A stretch of DNA of 64,000 nucleotides from Tubulanus polymorphus (taxonomy: Eukaryota; Animalia; Nemertea), in contig NC_134035.1 of the NCBI RefSeq assembly GCF_964204645.1, positions 10,510,451-10,574,450 of the forward strand, in the 5' to 3' direction. Position 1 is the stretch's first letter. Each line of letters starts with the position of its first letter. The notes beneath the pieces are model-generated. The model had not been told where the DNA came from and did no database searches. It saw only the letters and a list, made by a program, of their open reading frames with translations. The translations under genes were made by a program, and so were the position numbers. Below are positions 22,844 to 35,700 of the stretch, piece by piece.

Positions 22844-25800
22844 ATGGGAAGCGGCGCGTCTGTCAACAACCAGAGGAAACGAACACCCACGTCTAAACAA
22901 TTGCGCCAATTAAGCGTCGTACAGGAAGCAATCGACTACATTAAAGATGAAGCCATATTCAAGAAATTTATCGGTCGAAAATATGACATCGAGAATCTAG
23001 TGTTCGAAGGCGGCGGCGCTAAAGGGATGGCGCATTGTGGTGCCGTACTGGTAAGAGAGTAAACAGAAATTCATAGAAATATTCAGAAATTTCGTAAAAA
23101 AAACATGTTTGCGTACAATGACGATGATGCCACTCAAAGTTGTTTCCTGGTTTGTCATCAATTCTGAAAACCGTACGCGTCACTCAAACTCTATCTAACG
23201 AAAATGAAAAAATAAAATGTGCTCTCCCGCGCGCTCGAGAAATGGCAGCTCGTCTCTTTTTTCTTGTAAAAATAAAAATCCGCCCGCCGACATCACGCGC
23301 CAACGTTTTGCAGTCGTCTCTTTAATTATCTTGCTGGACTTACGTCGTTTAGTGTTATCGGTGACGGATTTCAAAGTCGTAGAGCCTCTCCGTGAATTGC
23401 CATAATGGATGATTCCGTCGAAATTAAGTCCGAGTCAAATGATATTTTCTTTCGAAACTGTTCGGTCGTCACTTAAGAAGACGACAGTACTGTGAAGGAG
23501 GCATTTTTACTTAAAAATACAAGTAAATCGCCTCCCTCGTCTCCTGCAAAAAGCAAGGAAATTGTTTTTATGTCAGTTGATTTGAATTGAATTCGCCCGC
23601 ACTCGTCATATTTTGACAAATCTTAGAATGAGAAACTAGGAATCAACTTTGAGTGACGTAGTCTCAAATTAAATCAATACCACACTTTTCTCATCAGTTG
23701 CTTTGGCAATTATTGAAACCCCTGCTTACGAAAGCAGTATAATATAGGCCATACAATGTCTCTGGTCGTAAATTCAAATATATCGAAAAAAAACAACAAT
23801 TAGGCCAATTTCTTAATGACAATTAATTTCAGGCATTGAGAGATATGGGAGTGCTGCAGAATGTAAAACGTTTCGCAGGAGCTAGTATCGGAGCAGTAGT
23901 ATCTATGATGTGTTCTATTGGTATGACGCCTGAGGAGATAATTGAACAGTTTTTGTTCAATACAGATTACATGCAAGGTAATTGCAGAGAACGAGAGGAC
24001 GAACTAAAGAGTTTATCAACACCTCGATAAATAACATATATAAGACAATGAATGATATAATATAAGTACCACAAACATTTAGTATATAGATGATAGATAA
24101 AGTTATTTTGAATTTGAATTCATCAATATCCAAGTCGAGCCCCAAAAATGACTCAAAGAAATAATCAAAAGACATGAAAATCCATCAAATTGAAAATCAA
24201 ATTGATTTATTTACAAAACGAACGTCAATAAGTGTTATTGTTATTTTGAAATGCCAATAGTGATGACGTAGTACACATTGACTCACACGTTCCTCTTAGA
24301 TAACGCATAGTAGGCGTAGTTGTCGATGTATGAACACATTTTCGTGACGGTTCAAAAATACGTCTGCCGCCAGTTTCAACAAGTGCACATTTAACTGTAG
24401 TCACCTTCTGTTCAAAGTGGGTTTAAATCAATTATGATAAGCTTTGTGAAACGGGCGTGTGAATCTCAGTATCAACCTTTCATTATTATCACATACAAAC
24501 TCTGATTTTGATGAGTTTGTTCGTATCACTTTTCAGATGCTCCTAAGGTGGCGATGGTCGTGAACATACTACACAATTGGGGCTGGTTTCACGGTGAACG
24601 AGGTGTCGAGATTATGGAAAAGCTTGTCGAACAGAAAACAGGAGATCGAAAAACTACTTTCCAACAGGTAGAAAAAAATAAAGGAATCGTCTGAGAATGT
24701 TTTCTCTCAGAGTGCATTCAATCAAATAGAACGATGACCACACTCAAACGTGGTGAACGGATAATAAGATAAAATCCCACTATTTACAGATTAAAAGAAT
24801 TTAAAAACCAGAATTTATTTATTAAATCTAAAATAATTAAAAGACAGTACGACGTTTCGATCTCACCCTAGACACCTGACGATGATCTCTAGGGTGAGAT
24901 CGAAACGTCGTGTCTTTTAAATATTTTAGATTTAATAAATAAATTCTGGTTTTTAAATTCTTTTAATCTGTAAATAGTGGGATTTTATCTTATTGCATTC
25001 TATCAAAATATAAGGCATCTTCAATTTTGAAGCGGTCTATGGGCCTCGGCTTGCCCGTAGCGTGGTGTGGGCGGAATTAAGGGGGTCGCGACAAACCGCC
25101 CAAAATAGAATTGAAAGATTAATTTCCAGAAAACGAATACAATTTTGGTTTTTTTTTAAATGTACCCTCGGTCCAATAGACCTACAGGTACTTAGGACGG
25201 GCATTAGACTACATTGGAAGCCTTGGCATGCGAGCGTATTTCCTGTCAAAACGCGATAATCTTTTATATATTAAAACGTCGTTTCAGAAAGGTCCACTTA
25301 AACTCCGCATTTTAAGGAATACGAATAATCTCGTAAAATCAGTCAAGTCAATCAAATACAAAATCGATTCTACCTGAGAAAATCAATCTTCAACAGGAGC
25401 GGGCTAAATAACTAAAAAAATATTTCATTTCAGTTGTATAAAAAGTTTGGTGTGGAGTTGTGCATATTAGTAACCAATGTCACCCATGGAACACCCGAAT
25501 ACTTCCACGTAAAGACAACTCCTCATGTATCCATAGCGTACGCCTCGATTGTATCCTGTTCGCTACCACGTAAGTTGTCGCATAAAGCCTTTTTATACGC
25601 ATCAATATATTTCTACACGGTTTACAGATTTTTTGCGATCGATCTGCTTTTTTGCGATCACGTTAATTGCCGAACGAATTGACGATTCGATTCCCAAGAT
25701 GGCGGCATGTAATTATTCAGCATATTGTCATTTGCAGCTCTTTGTAAACCGTCTTTTTACCGAGGCGCTTACTACGTCGATGGTGGCATGCTCAATAATT

Positions 25801-28800
25801 TTCCGATCAACGCATTCGATGGTGAGTACGTGATCATAGCATTTTGAATCGTAAGATAATAATGAAACATTCAAAAGATATGGTACAGCAAACTTCGGAC
25901 ACGGTCAACCTCAGACTGCGATTAACTCGAACAAAAACGAAATTACTTTATCGGATTCCTAACGTTCCTAACTCGCACTTTGCTTATTTCGGATCGATAT
26001 TTTGCCGGCCCAAATCAGTCCGAATTAGAAGAGGTTTTCTATTGTATTACGGAATCGACTAATTAAGACGACTGAGACAATTAAGTCATTACTACTTTCT
26101 CCAGGCTGGTATCTAAGTTTGGATCCGGACAAAGATTACTTCAAAATGTTCGACAAGAATATAGAACCATTTGGCACGATCAATAAGAAAACTTTTGGAC
26201 TTCTTCTGGTAATTCTATTTTTGAATATTATCATTTTGTTCGTTGTATGGATGGGTAATATAGTATATTTGATTCAATGATCCATTCTAGTTTGACATCG
26301 ACGAGGAAGAAGACGGAAAAGAAGAGTTCTTTGATAAATGGAAATACGAATGGCCAAAGCTTCCTGATACTAAACTTGCACGGTGAGACCAATGTACTGT
26401 TTAAATGTTAAATTCTATGTCAAAAATGAATCAAATGTCAACAGAGATCTGGATCGTAATTCAGTGGACGCTGACTTGCAACGTAGATCCGAGTGCCTTA
26501 GATTATCGCGAGTCCCGGACAAAATCATAGACATGTTCCTTTCCTTTTCGATGTAATGGTGCTTCGCCCATCCATTGGTCCCGCGAGATCTAAGGCAAAA
26601 GGAATCCGCCGCATATTCGATTGTACGAAGGAACTCACGTTAGCCAATGATTATGCCTTACTTTTGTGTCTTATTTGCTGCCAGAAAACGTACTGAAGAG
26701 ACCACATTGAAAAGAGAGCATCATGTAAAGAATGCGAAACTAGCCGGTGCAGTGAGACGTATGGTCAAAAGTCTATGCGCATCTGATGCTAATGACGACG
26801 GGTTTATAGATGCAGATGAACTGGAAACGTTCTTCAAAACGGTAAAATGCTTGTTGCATGTATACATCTCTAAAGGCTTTGAAAACCTAAACTCTGATAA
26901 TTAACATGAGACTGCTGTTACTCTTCTTATTGTCATATTAATTGTAAAATGTTTATGTCTTGTAAATACTACTTGTAAATACCACTCTGTACATCTCGAC
27001 CCGAAAGGGTGTAACCAGTATAATAAAGAGTTTATTGAATTGAATATTGAATTGTATATAGGTGCACGTCACCTCCATTCAGTGTCAGCGTGATCATGAC
27101 TAGCTCACGGAGAGGGCCAAAGTGATTATTCTTATTCAACACTTTCAGGATGCGTCGCTGTCAGATGACGACTTTCACTTGTTGTTCGGCGTGAATCGAA
27201 ATCAAACTGACACCATCATGGGAGCATTTGATCGAAATCACGACAACCTGGTACGTCAAAAATTGAAATATCTGTTTTCAAATCGACATTTTGACTTATA
27301 TTTTAGTACTTATGCACCTAGGGCCAAGTTTGGTTTTCGTATCTCGTCGACTAGTGGTCGGAACTAACAACCGAATGCGCTAAATCTACGAACTATTTCC
27401 GGAATATAGTTACGACTAACTGACATTCGGCTTCACTTAGTTCGACTATAGTCGACTAACTCTGATAACCGAAGTTGGCCTAATGTGTCTGTATACCCCC
27501 GCCATAGCCTCCTTGTTAATGGCTATGGACATCGAAAGCCATAGATTTAACCGATTCCACATCGGCAAATTCGGGAATGACCTTTTAATCTTTGCAACTG
27601 TAATGGCATTGATGATTTTTAATCCCGTCTTAAAATATTAAGAGCATTTTTATTAGCAATTTCAATGTGTTTTTGTAGCCTTTTATTTTAATTTTATTGT
27701 AAACCGTACTGAGAAGCAGTGTAGGGCAGTCTATAACAATTCGTTTTACGGTGAGGGTTTGCTACCTGCCAATATGTCATCCGGTATAATTAGTTAAACT
27801 GCCACCAGGGGACTATATATAGTGAAAGAATCGTATATTGGATGAATTTCTCCGTGATCCTCAAAGCTATATTGAGTAAATGTTGTACATCAGTACTTTG
27901 TACCAAGTATAGTCATCTACATATCCAACACATATTTTGGCGCTCTTACAAAATAGCCGTATGTCATGAACTGATAAGACTGACTTCGACGATATCTTTG
28001 CACGCTTTAAAGTGTGAAATTTAAACTAGCAAGGCAGAAAACCCGTTATCGCTGCTTTGCAGCTATATTAATCAATCATATTTTTGATTTTAGATCTCGC
28101 ATCAAGAAATAATGGCGTTCATCGGTAGTTACGGTTTCACTATGAACAATTTCATCATGGGAGGGGCTTTCGATGCTGTAAATCCATCGTCTTTCACCGA
28201 ATATCTTTCTAGCCTTTTGGACGCGTTGTGTGGTCGCATAAAAACGCTTGCGAAAAAGGTCAGTGATCAAAGTAACGTCGTAAGTCACCGGGATGCTCAA
28301 TTCAAAATCCTGCCTATCGAAGAAATTGCTAAAATCTCGCTTATTGAAAGTTTATCTTTAAAGTATATAATTCATTCTGGTTTCAGCCCGAGGACAAGAA
28401 AAGATCGGCGTGTCTCTACACGAGCTACATAAAAACCGCTGATATGCATCTCGATATGGAGGACAAAATATTCTGCATGAAGGTAATATTCAAAACGGAT
28501 TTTTTGTTGCGACAGCATCACGGCGCTTGAGCATATCGAGGAAAAGACTCCTGGGCTTGACCAACAACTGGTTGGTTTACTTCTCGAATCATCTATACTT
28601 AAGCTCTCGATCAAAAAATATAGGATGAATCTGAATCTTGTATTTGACAAATTGTTCGAAAGCCAATGGTTTTCTTCGAGAAATCGCCCTTATCCCCTTG
28701 TGTCTACACATGGTATACATTTGGGTTCGAATCCTGGGAAAATTAATTCAAATGATTTGTTACATTGCGAATTTGGCTGATTTCCTGTATCTAACACCTA

Positions 28801-28874
28801 TGATTTTATATGTTTTTTTATTTTAGCTTGGTTGGATGAGCATTTTACATCATTTCGACACGGATTCATTTTGA
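22844..28874 (+). CDS. Patatin-like phospholipase (ExoU/VipD-like type) with two EF-hand loops, about 488 aa, 12 coding exons: 22844-23050, 23833-23977, 24537-24667, 25434-25569, 25738-25821, 26105-26208, 26291-26382, 26685-26841, 27149-27250, 28094-28258, 28387-28482, 28827-28874
   Basis: EGGGAKG oxyanion motif, GASIG nucleophile elbow, DGG catalytic Asp; EF loops DANDDGFIDADE and DRNHDNLISHQE; all introns GT-AG with matching phases; MGSGAS N-terminus; probable 5' UTR intron 22348-22841. Confidence 0.88.
24871..24914 (+). ncRNA. Minimal type I hammerhead ribozyme (Penelope-like) inside an inverted repeat 24763-24994
   Basis: GACAC-CUGACGA-U-GAUCUC(UAGGGU)GAGAUC-GAAAC-GUC-GUGUC: stem I, conserved core, perfect stem II, palindromic minimal stem III. 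Confidence 0.8.
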
Positions 28875-29616
28875 CGCATCGATTATTCTCTGTTTTAAAG
28901 CAAAAAATGATACCTTGTTTTTTCTCCTAATCGGCCGGGTCATTTTCTAAACTGCAATAACATTTGTAATCAGTTCATTTCTATGGCTGCCGGGTCTGTT
29001 ATTGTTTGCTTGATCATGATTCAAAAAAGTAACATACGGGTAACAAGGTATCAATCTTGTAGCCTAGATATTTTATTGTTCTATTTCATATACCCTATGT
29101 GTGTTGACAAAATGTCCTGTACAGAACTGAGCTTATAATATATGTATTTTAGCAAAAATAAAACGTGCAAATGAAATTTGTTATGATAGTTTTTATATTA
29201 GGCCAAAGTTAAAATTGAGAGCCTATCCATTTTTTCGACGATTGACATCGTTCTTGTATGTGTAAAAGGTAACAACAATATGTATACTTATGTGCATTTT
29301 GTAACGGCACTTTTCAAGATGCACTGGCCTGGGGGGTACCAAATATTTTCAAGCTAGTGTGAAGGGATTGTTTTGGTTACCGTAGTTACAGCGGATAAGA
29401 ACTCCAACGCATGGATTTCTGTGGATGTTTTGTTATATGATTAAGGCAGTATTTTAGATATATGCGTTAAGACTGCATGATGTTGAGGTATGAATATTAC
29501 ACATAAGACGATGATATGTTTTGAGTAGTTCACACCAAAGACGACCAAAAAGATAAAAAGACGATTTCGGATTTTAACAGAACATCGAAGAATACACGCA
29601 AGTGAAACTGTAAACA

Positions 29617-32265
29617 ATGGGAATCTGTCTAGCGCGTTATCTCGCGAGAGACGATTTGCTTAAGAATATTGACTGGGAAAATATACGTTGGGAAAATGCG
29701 TTTCGTTACCGCCGTACGACGTCACCGGAGCGTATCGCTCGGAAGAGGGAGGCTAGGAAAGCAGCCGCTTCGAGAAATGGGCCCACACCGATGCTCCACG
29801 TCGAGCCGGGGGATTACCAAACGAACAAACACGAACTCCGTCACTTGACCGCGTCAAAAACGGTCGCTCATTCGGTGAAAGTGTTGGACGAGCGAACAAA
29901 ACACCCGATGCACAAACGGCCATCGGATAGTATAGATAGTAGTAATGAACGTTCGTCTTATCGAAAGCAGAACGAATCGCCTCGTGACAAACAAGCGAAT
30001 TCACGAGGGTCTAACGAGGCCGCAAAGTTGAATGTTTCTCTTCGTGAAAAATGCGATGACCGACAACTACAGAAGCATCCCAGTCAAACATCTTCGTCTA
30101 ACAAGTTGGAGAATAGAAAACACAATGAAGATCAACAAATACGTGGATATTGTAGCGAGCCTTTGGTGCACAACGAAACAATGGGCAGAAAACATGTAAG
30201 GCTTAAAGACGTAAGAAGTATACAATCGTAAGAAGAACGAACTCATTTTTCCTATAGGGCAGAATACTTCTAACCATCTTACGAGATAATTAACTTGAAT
30301 GCTGAAGATAGGGCAGAAGTATATATTCTGGCAGAAATGTTAGGAACTATGAGTTTGTTCTTATGAATGTATAGGTTTTACTTCAACACCAACTAAATAC
30401 CACTATTATTAGTCGAATATACAAAATAACGTCGTCACATCTTCGTTCATTGGTTTGACATTTTGATAGAATTCCGATTACTTTTCCAGGGTGAGGTTGA
30501 AAAGCAGATTGCTAGTGATCTAGTTCTGATCGCCGACGTGCACAGAGAACCTTCGAATATCGCTGTTGACCACGAAGTTAAAAGCGAAACTAAAGACGAT
30601 GGTGTATTTTCGGATGACACCGACATTGCTACCCTACAGCGACAGTACCACAATATAATAGCTACCAATGAGGTCCTTAAGTCTGGTTCATACACGGCTT
30701 CACCCGGCGGCAGAATATGTGACCCCGACAGACCACAAACCGACCAATTTGCGAATTTGTTGACCTCAGAAGCTATGAATAAGAAGGAGTTGGTCGATCG
30801 GTTTTTAGCAGCCCCGGTAGAGTTTGATGATGTCGTCGATCATGAACCGACTCGGCAACACGGCGATGTTGTTAATGACTCATGCGCTAGTTCATCTGCC
30901 GGTTCCTTTCGTACGAATCAACACCGATACGGAGGACGAGATTCGCTTCACGACCAGCGTCAGCGACACGATTACAACGCGTTATCCTCATCGGACGAAG
31001 GTTACTCGAGCGTGTACAGCAGCAATACAACGACCGAGTACCAATCCAGACCGCTACGATCTTATACGTCACAGTTCGGTAAGACGGATATCGGTCACCG
31101 CGGCGGTACTGGACGCAACCGATCCAGACCACGCGTCGGAACGCCTATACCTTCGATTAGTGACGGCAGATACAGAATAGCCCGCGCTAACGATAGCTTC
31201 ATTCCCTGGAGAGAAGTTTCGCAGATGAGTTTGGAGACTAGCACTACTCGGCGGGTTGGCAGCACGCAAGCGGCAGTTACCGATGTTCGACGGAGTTCCG
31301 ATTTCCGGACTGGACCGACCATGTATTTTCGCGTGCCATCGTCCGTGCAGGAAATGGTGTTCATCAACAAACACGATACGCGTAAGGTTTCGTTTCGGGA
31401 TTCACTGATTCCGCAACGCAGGACACCGCGAAAGAAAATCGTATACTCCGAGTCGGACGACGAAGACACTGACCGTGAAAGGAGTATCGATAATGTAACT
31501 GTTCAGATCGATGGTGAACAACTTTCGGTAATGAAATCTGAGAGGAGCCATCCAGAGAACGCGAAGGCAAATACGCAAAAAGATGCGCCGTTTAGCGAAA
31601 AGAACAAGGATAAAACTGCATCGAATAGGAAACAGCTGCGGAAAAAGCAAAGTTGTCGTTTAAAGCGATTCTCAGAGTTATCAGTGAATACACTTCTGCC
31701 CGCTGTTCCAGACGGATATGATGTTGCTAATGGTAAATTTAAAGATATGAACGTAACGGATGATGAATTAGTTGGAGGTATTACCCGCGACGAGTGCACA
31801 ACGTCACTGTCGAAAGAACTCCGTGACGTCGCCGATACCTCATTTCAACGGCGGTCGCGCAAATACCTCGTCGACGATGATCGCGATTTAAAACCGAAGC
31901 GGAAAAATGAGCGCGTTGACCACCACCGCGGTATTGTTAATGACACAACAACGAGGAAACAACGATTGAACCAGGATGCATCGACTTACCGCGCGACAAA
32001 ACAAAACCAGAAATTTAAATCGTATTACCAGAATTTTACTACTACCACCGGGCTGAACGTAAACGTGAATGACGTCAGAGACCGCGTGCGGCAACGTTAC
32101 GGCGTTGCTGTCGTTGCGAAGTTGCCGGATTTCGTTAAGCAACGTCGGATACGGAAGCTGCCGATTTTGGCTCCAATTTGTTACGACGTGATCGCCGAAA
32201 GAGCTAAAGAACCACAGTTCGATACGCGAATTGCTGGCAATCAGTTCAAAGCAACTAGGCATTAA
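29617..32265 (+). CDS. Uncharacterised hydrophilic, likely disordered protein; probable 2 exons (29617-30195 or 30210; 30490-32265), about 785-790 aa
   Basis: 204-aa and 600-aa ORFs join in phase 0 (CAT|GTAAGG or GAC|GTAAGA donor; CTTTTCCAG| acceptor at 30489); higher GC than flanks; no domain recognised. Confidence 0.65.
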
Positions 32266-34760
32266 AAGGACAAATCGTATGATATTTCCGGGCTAACGTA
32301 GTGAACTGGTACAGAGTAGGGGCGGATCTAGGGGTACGCACCCTTTTTTCGGCCGAGTGACCTTTTGAATATCCTCCCAAAAAATCATAGGGTTGCAACC
32401 CGTCGCGCCATCCAGGTACATTGCGTACAATCAGTTCTCACAATGCACCCACATGCATCTAATTGTTCTGGTAGAAGACCCCCGGCGGACCCATCCCCTC
32501 GCTGATGACGACTTATTGTACAAAGGAGATACGTTACAGCGAGAAATAGAGGAAATATCACAATATGGTCCAATTCAACAAAATCTAATCAGGATCGGCT
32601 GATTTCCGATAGCCCGATATCTTAGCACTAACCAAGATCAAACTGCGAAGAGACGAGAGCAAATATACGGACCCATTCCAGTTTATTTAAAGCTTTGTGA
32701 TGTGAAGAGAGGAAATGAGGTTAAATGTCTTGCCCGGGACAACCGGGCTTCCCAGAGTCGGACGATCTATACACTCACCCACACCGCTCGCTCAACATAC
32801 ATATTTTTGATACATTATACGATGAATGAATTTCGGTTTATTGTCTTGCAGTGTGTAGCACGAAGAAGACTGACCCTGCTACGTATAGAACTATAATAGT
32901 GTTTTTGTCAATGTTTTGACGAATAAAATACAAATCATTTCATTAATAAATTAATAAATATGGAAAGAAAACTTTAGACCAGTCCTTTAGACACCATTAT
33001 TACAGCCAGCACCGTGCGCAAAAATCTAGATATGTTTCTAACATACATGTTATTTGTTTACATCCAATTAATTCGTGAATTTCTTGGTGGAAGGGTGCAC
33101 GAAATAACCATCTCGGGATATATCGAGATCTGGGTGTAGCACATGTTGGGCAGACTAGTAAAACATGCATTGCATGATATAATATTTCTTAAAAGTTTAA
33201 ATAGATTGATTGTCGCTAATAATGATCATGAAATATTGTGAAGTCTTGGAGTTGGTCCACGGTCGACTAGCTGATCTGGCAAATGTTAAAAACACATGTC
33301 ATCTGTTTGACCAACTCGATGTAAACCCCCGGTATACCGGCTACGGGTGATTAGGATCTTTGCGGTATAGAAAGTAAGGAGGTTTAACGGAGATTATTAA
33401 TGTTGGCTATCACCGTGATAAAACAGAGTTAGGCGGAGTGGCGATTTATCGGGAGGCGATATATTGTACTATTGATTAGTTGAACTATACCGCAATTCGT
33501 CGCAGGGCAAATCCCTGAGTAAAATCCCCAGGCTCAGAGAATAGTTAATCCAACCAGCGCACAGTGTAGTTAACATCAACTGAAACTAATTTCTCGAAGT
33601 CTCTATCGGGCTTCATATTTGCTATCAATGTTTTTATGTCAAACGGTTTTTTCACGATTTCTCGCACGGAAAACAATATCTTGTATTCGGGTTTATCGTA
33701 AACCGTGTGATGAAATGCGTGACTCGACATCACTTCCGGTCCGTGTGGCTTATTTGTGTAATTATCGCGTATCAACATTTCACAAATTTTACCTCCAGGT
33801 GTTCCAGGGGGTTCCTGATTTTCGCACTCGTATTTGAAGTATTTTACACCACTTAGGTCGATGTCAGGTATGAATCGACTGTACGATGCAAAATAGACTG
33901 AATCGCATAACGACACGGTTCTGTTGTCCTCGTCGCCCGCGGATTTCTCATACGTTACTAAAACCGCATCAGTCATAAATGGACCAGTTTTATAAAGAAC
34001 ATCCGTTCTATTTGTCGCCTCATTCGCTGTCGGTAGAAATTCGATAATTCTTCGTTGATATTTATGTTTTGGCGTTGACGTCATTAACGCGTTTAAAGTC
34101 GATGGTCGCGACAGATTCCAATTAACGATGCTATGAACGAGATGATCTTCGGGTATCATCGCCGAGTGGGTGTTCAGCAAATGATCGAATGGTCGGAAGG
34201 CTTCCATATCTAAATCAGCGTACAGTCCACCAAACGTGTATAGTATGAAATACCGAATCGCGTCGGCTCTCTGAATTCCCTCTTCATAATTTTTGTACAT
34301 CGGATAATACGCAGGAAATCTGCGTTTAACGAACTCGTCGGCGATGCTATCGGTCCACAACCAATATTCCCAATCGGGGTGAAGTTTAACCCAAGATGTG
34401 ATATATTTTTTAAACGAAATCGGGATATTTTCGGTTTTCCACGTTTGGTGTATTCTTTTAGGTACGCGACCGCATTTACTATCACTTAGGTCCAACTGTT
34501 CCAATACATTGGCAACGATATCATTGTATACAACAGGTACCTTCATGTTGTGTTGTGATATTGAACAGTAACGATGAAATGATGCTTTCAGGCCGCTCAG
34601 CGCGTTCTCGCTGAACACCAAAAACAAAATAGCGAGGATAAAGCTGGCCAATCCGAAAATCTTGAGATGAGCATGCTTAAGCCGTCCAAGCGCCATCCTA
34701 GGACAAAAAAAAATATGATTAATAACACAAATGTTTCATTGAAAGGGGGTCGAGAAGATA
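31840..34760. repeat. Tandem segmental duplication unit (matches about 36266-39790): orphan-gene tail, SINE and a GT32 gene
   Basis: Colinear similarity through both units. Confidence 0.85.
33545..34696 (-). CDS. GT32 glycosyltransferase copy 5, 383 aa
   Basis: Same motifs; ATG follows acceptor-like TTTTGTCCTAG|G. Confidence 0.92.
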   Translation of the reverse strand: MALGRLKHAHLKIFGLASFILAILFLVFSENALSGLKASFHRYCSISQHNMKVPVVYNDIVANVLEQLDLSDSKCGRVPKRIHQTWKTENIPISFKKYITSWVKLHPDWEYWLWTDSIADEFVKRRFPAYYPMYKNYEEGIQRADAIRYFILYTFGGLYADLDMEAFRPFDHLLNTHSAMIPEDHLVHSIVNWNLSRPSTLNALMTSTPKHKYQRRIIEFLPTANEATNRTDVLYKTGPFMTDAVLVTYEKSAGDEDNRTVSLCDSVYFASYSRFIPDIDLSGVKYFKYECENQEPPGTPGGKICEMLIRDNYTNKPHGPEVMSSHAFHHTVYDKPEYKILFSVREIVKKPFDIKTLIANMKPDRDFEKLVSVDVNYTVRWLD

Positions 34761-34849
34761 AATGCATTCCAGTTTATGCTACAGCTTTACTCTTTTCAGT
34801 TTTAAGTTTATACCACCCGACATTGATTAAATAGGAAAGTCATGGAACG

Positions 34850-35700
34850 CTATCCGGTGATCTGCAGTTCGAGATCTTTTTTGAAAACCTATCTGGTTCA
34901 CCGAAAGGATACTATTATCATTTTCATAGGTCGCCAGACGATCATTCAAAATCATACAAAAAAGTTTACTGACAGAGGTTACTTGTTATAGTTATACCTC
35001 TATAACAAGACACATTGTCCTTTTTAAATAACGGGATTATAATCCCTTGCGACCATTCCGGATATTTCCAAATTAAGGTTAATATGGCATTAAAATTCTC
35101 AAAAGTGGCACTATCATGATATCGATACTACATTTTAACAGTTCACTCAAAATAGACGCCAAGCCAGATGCTTTGTTAGGTTTCAATTTTCTAGAAGCTC
35201 GTAAAATTTCATCCTCAGTTATTTTAAAATCCAGATTATCGAATGGTTGTACTTCTAGATGTCTAGGTACGTTTTAGACGAGACACCGTAGATCCAGCGT
35301 TAATGTCAGGAGTACTAAATGGCTTGAAATGATTGTACCACTCATTGTACCACGATTCATGTTGCTGCTTGGAGAACATTTTTTAGCGAGATTCTTAAGA
35401 TTATAACCAATTTCCAGGAGTTTTCACTGTTATTATTGGAGCCGTTTAATTCGCTAATTTCACCTATTATTTTGTCAGTATAACCTTTTTTCTTAGATCT
35501 AAATAAGTTTTTATACGACTTTTTTAAACCATAATCTGCTAATCTACTGTGATCAATATCGCTAATATCTATTCGCTGAAGCTAAGTTGTTTAGATTTTT
35601 TCTTCAAAGGACGTCTGGCAGCCAAGCAAGAATTATCCAAACCACTTCTGTTTACATCTTCTCCTGCTACCTGGTTTCAACGATTTTAGTGTTTTATTAG
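34850..35700 (-). mobile_element. Degenerate LINE reverse-transcriptase remnant
   Basis: Minus strand reads LDFKITEDEILRASRKLKPNKASG, WSQGIIIPLFKK..YRGITITS, ILNDRL, QIGFQKRSRTADH. Confidence 0.8.
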
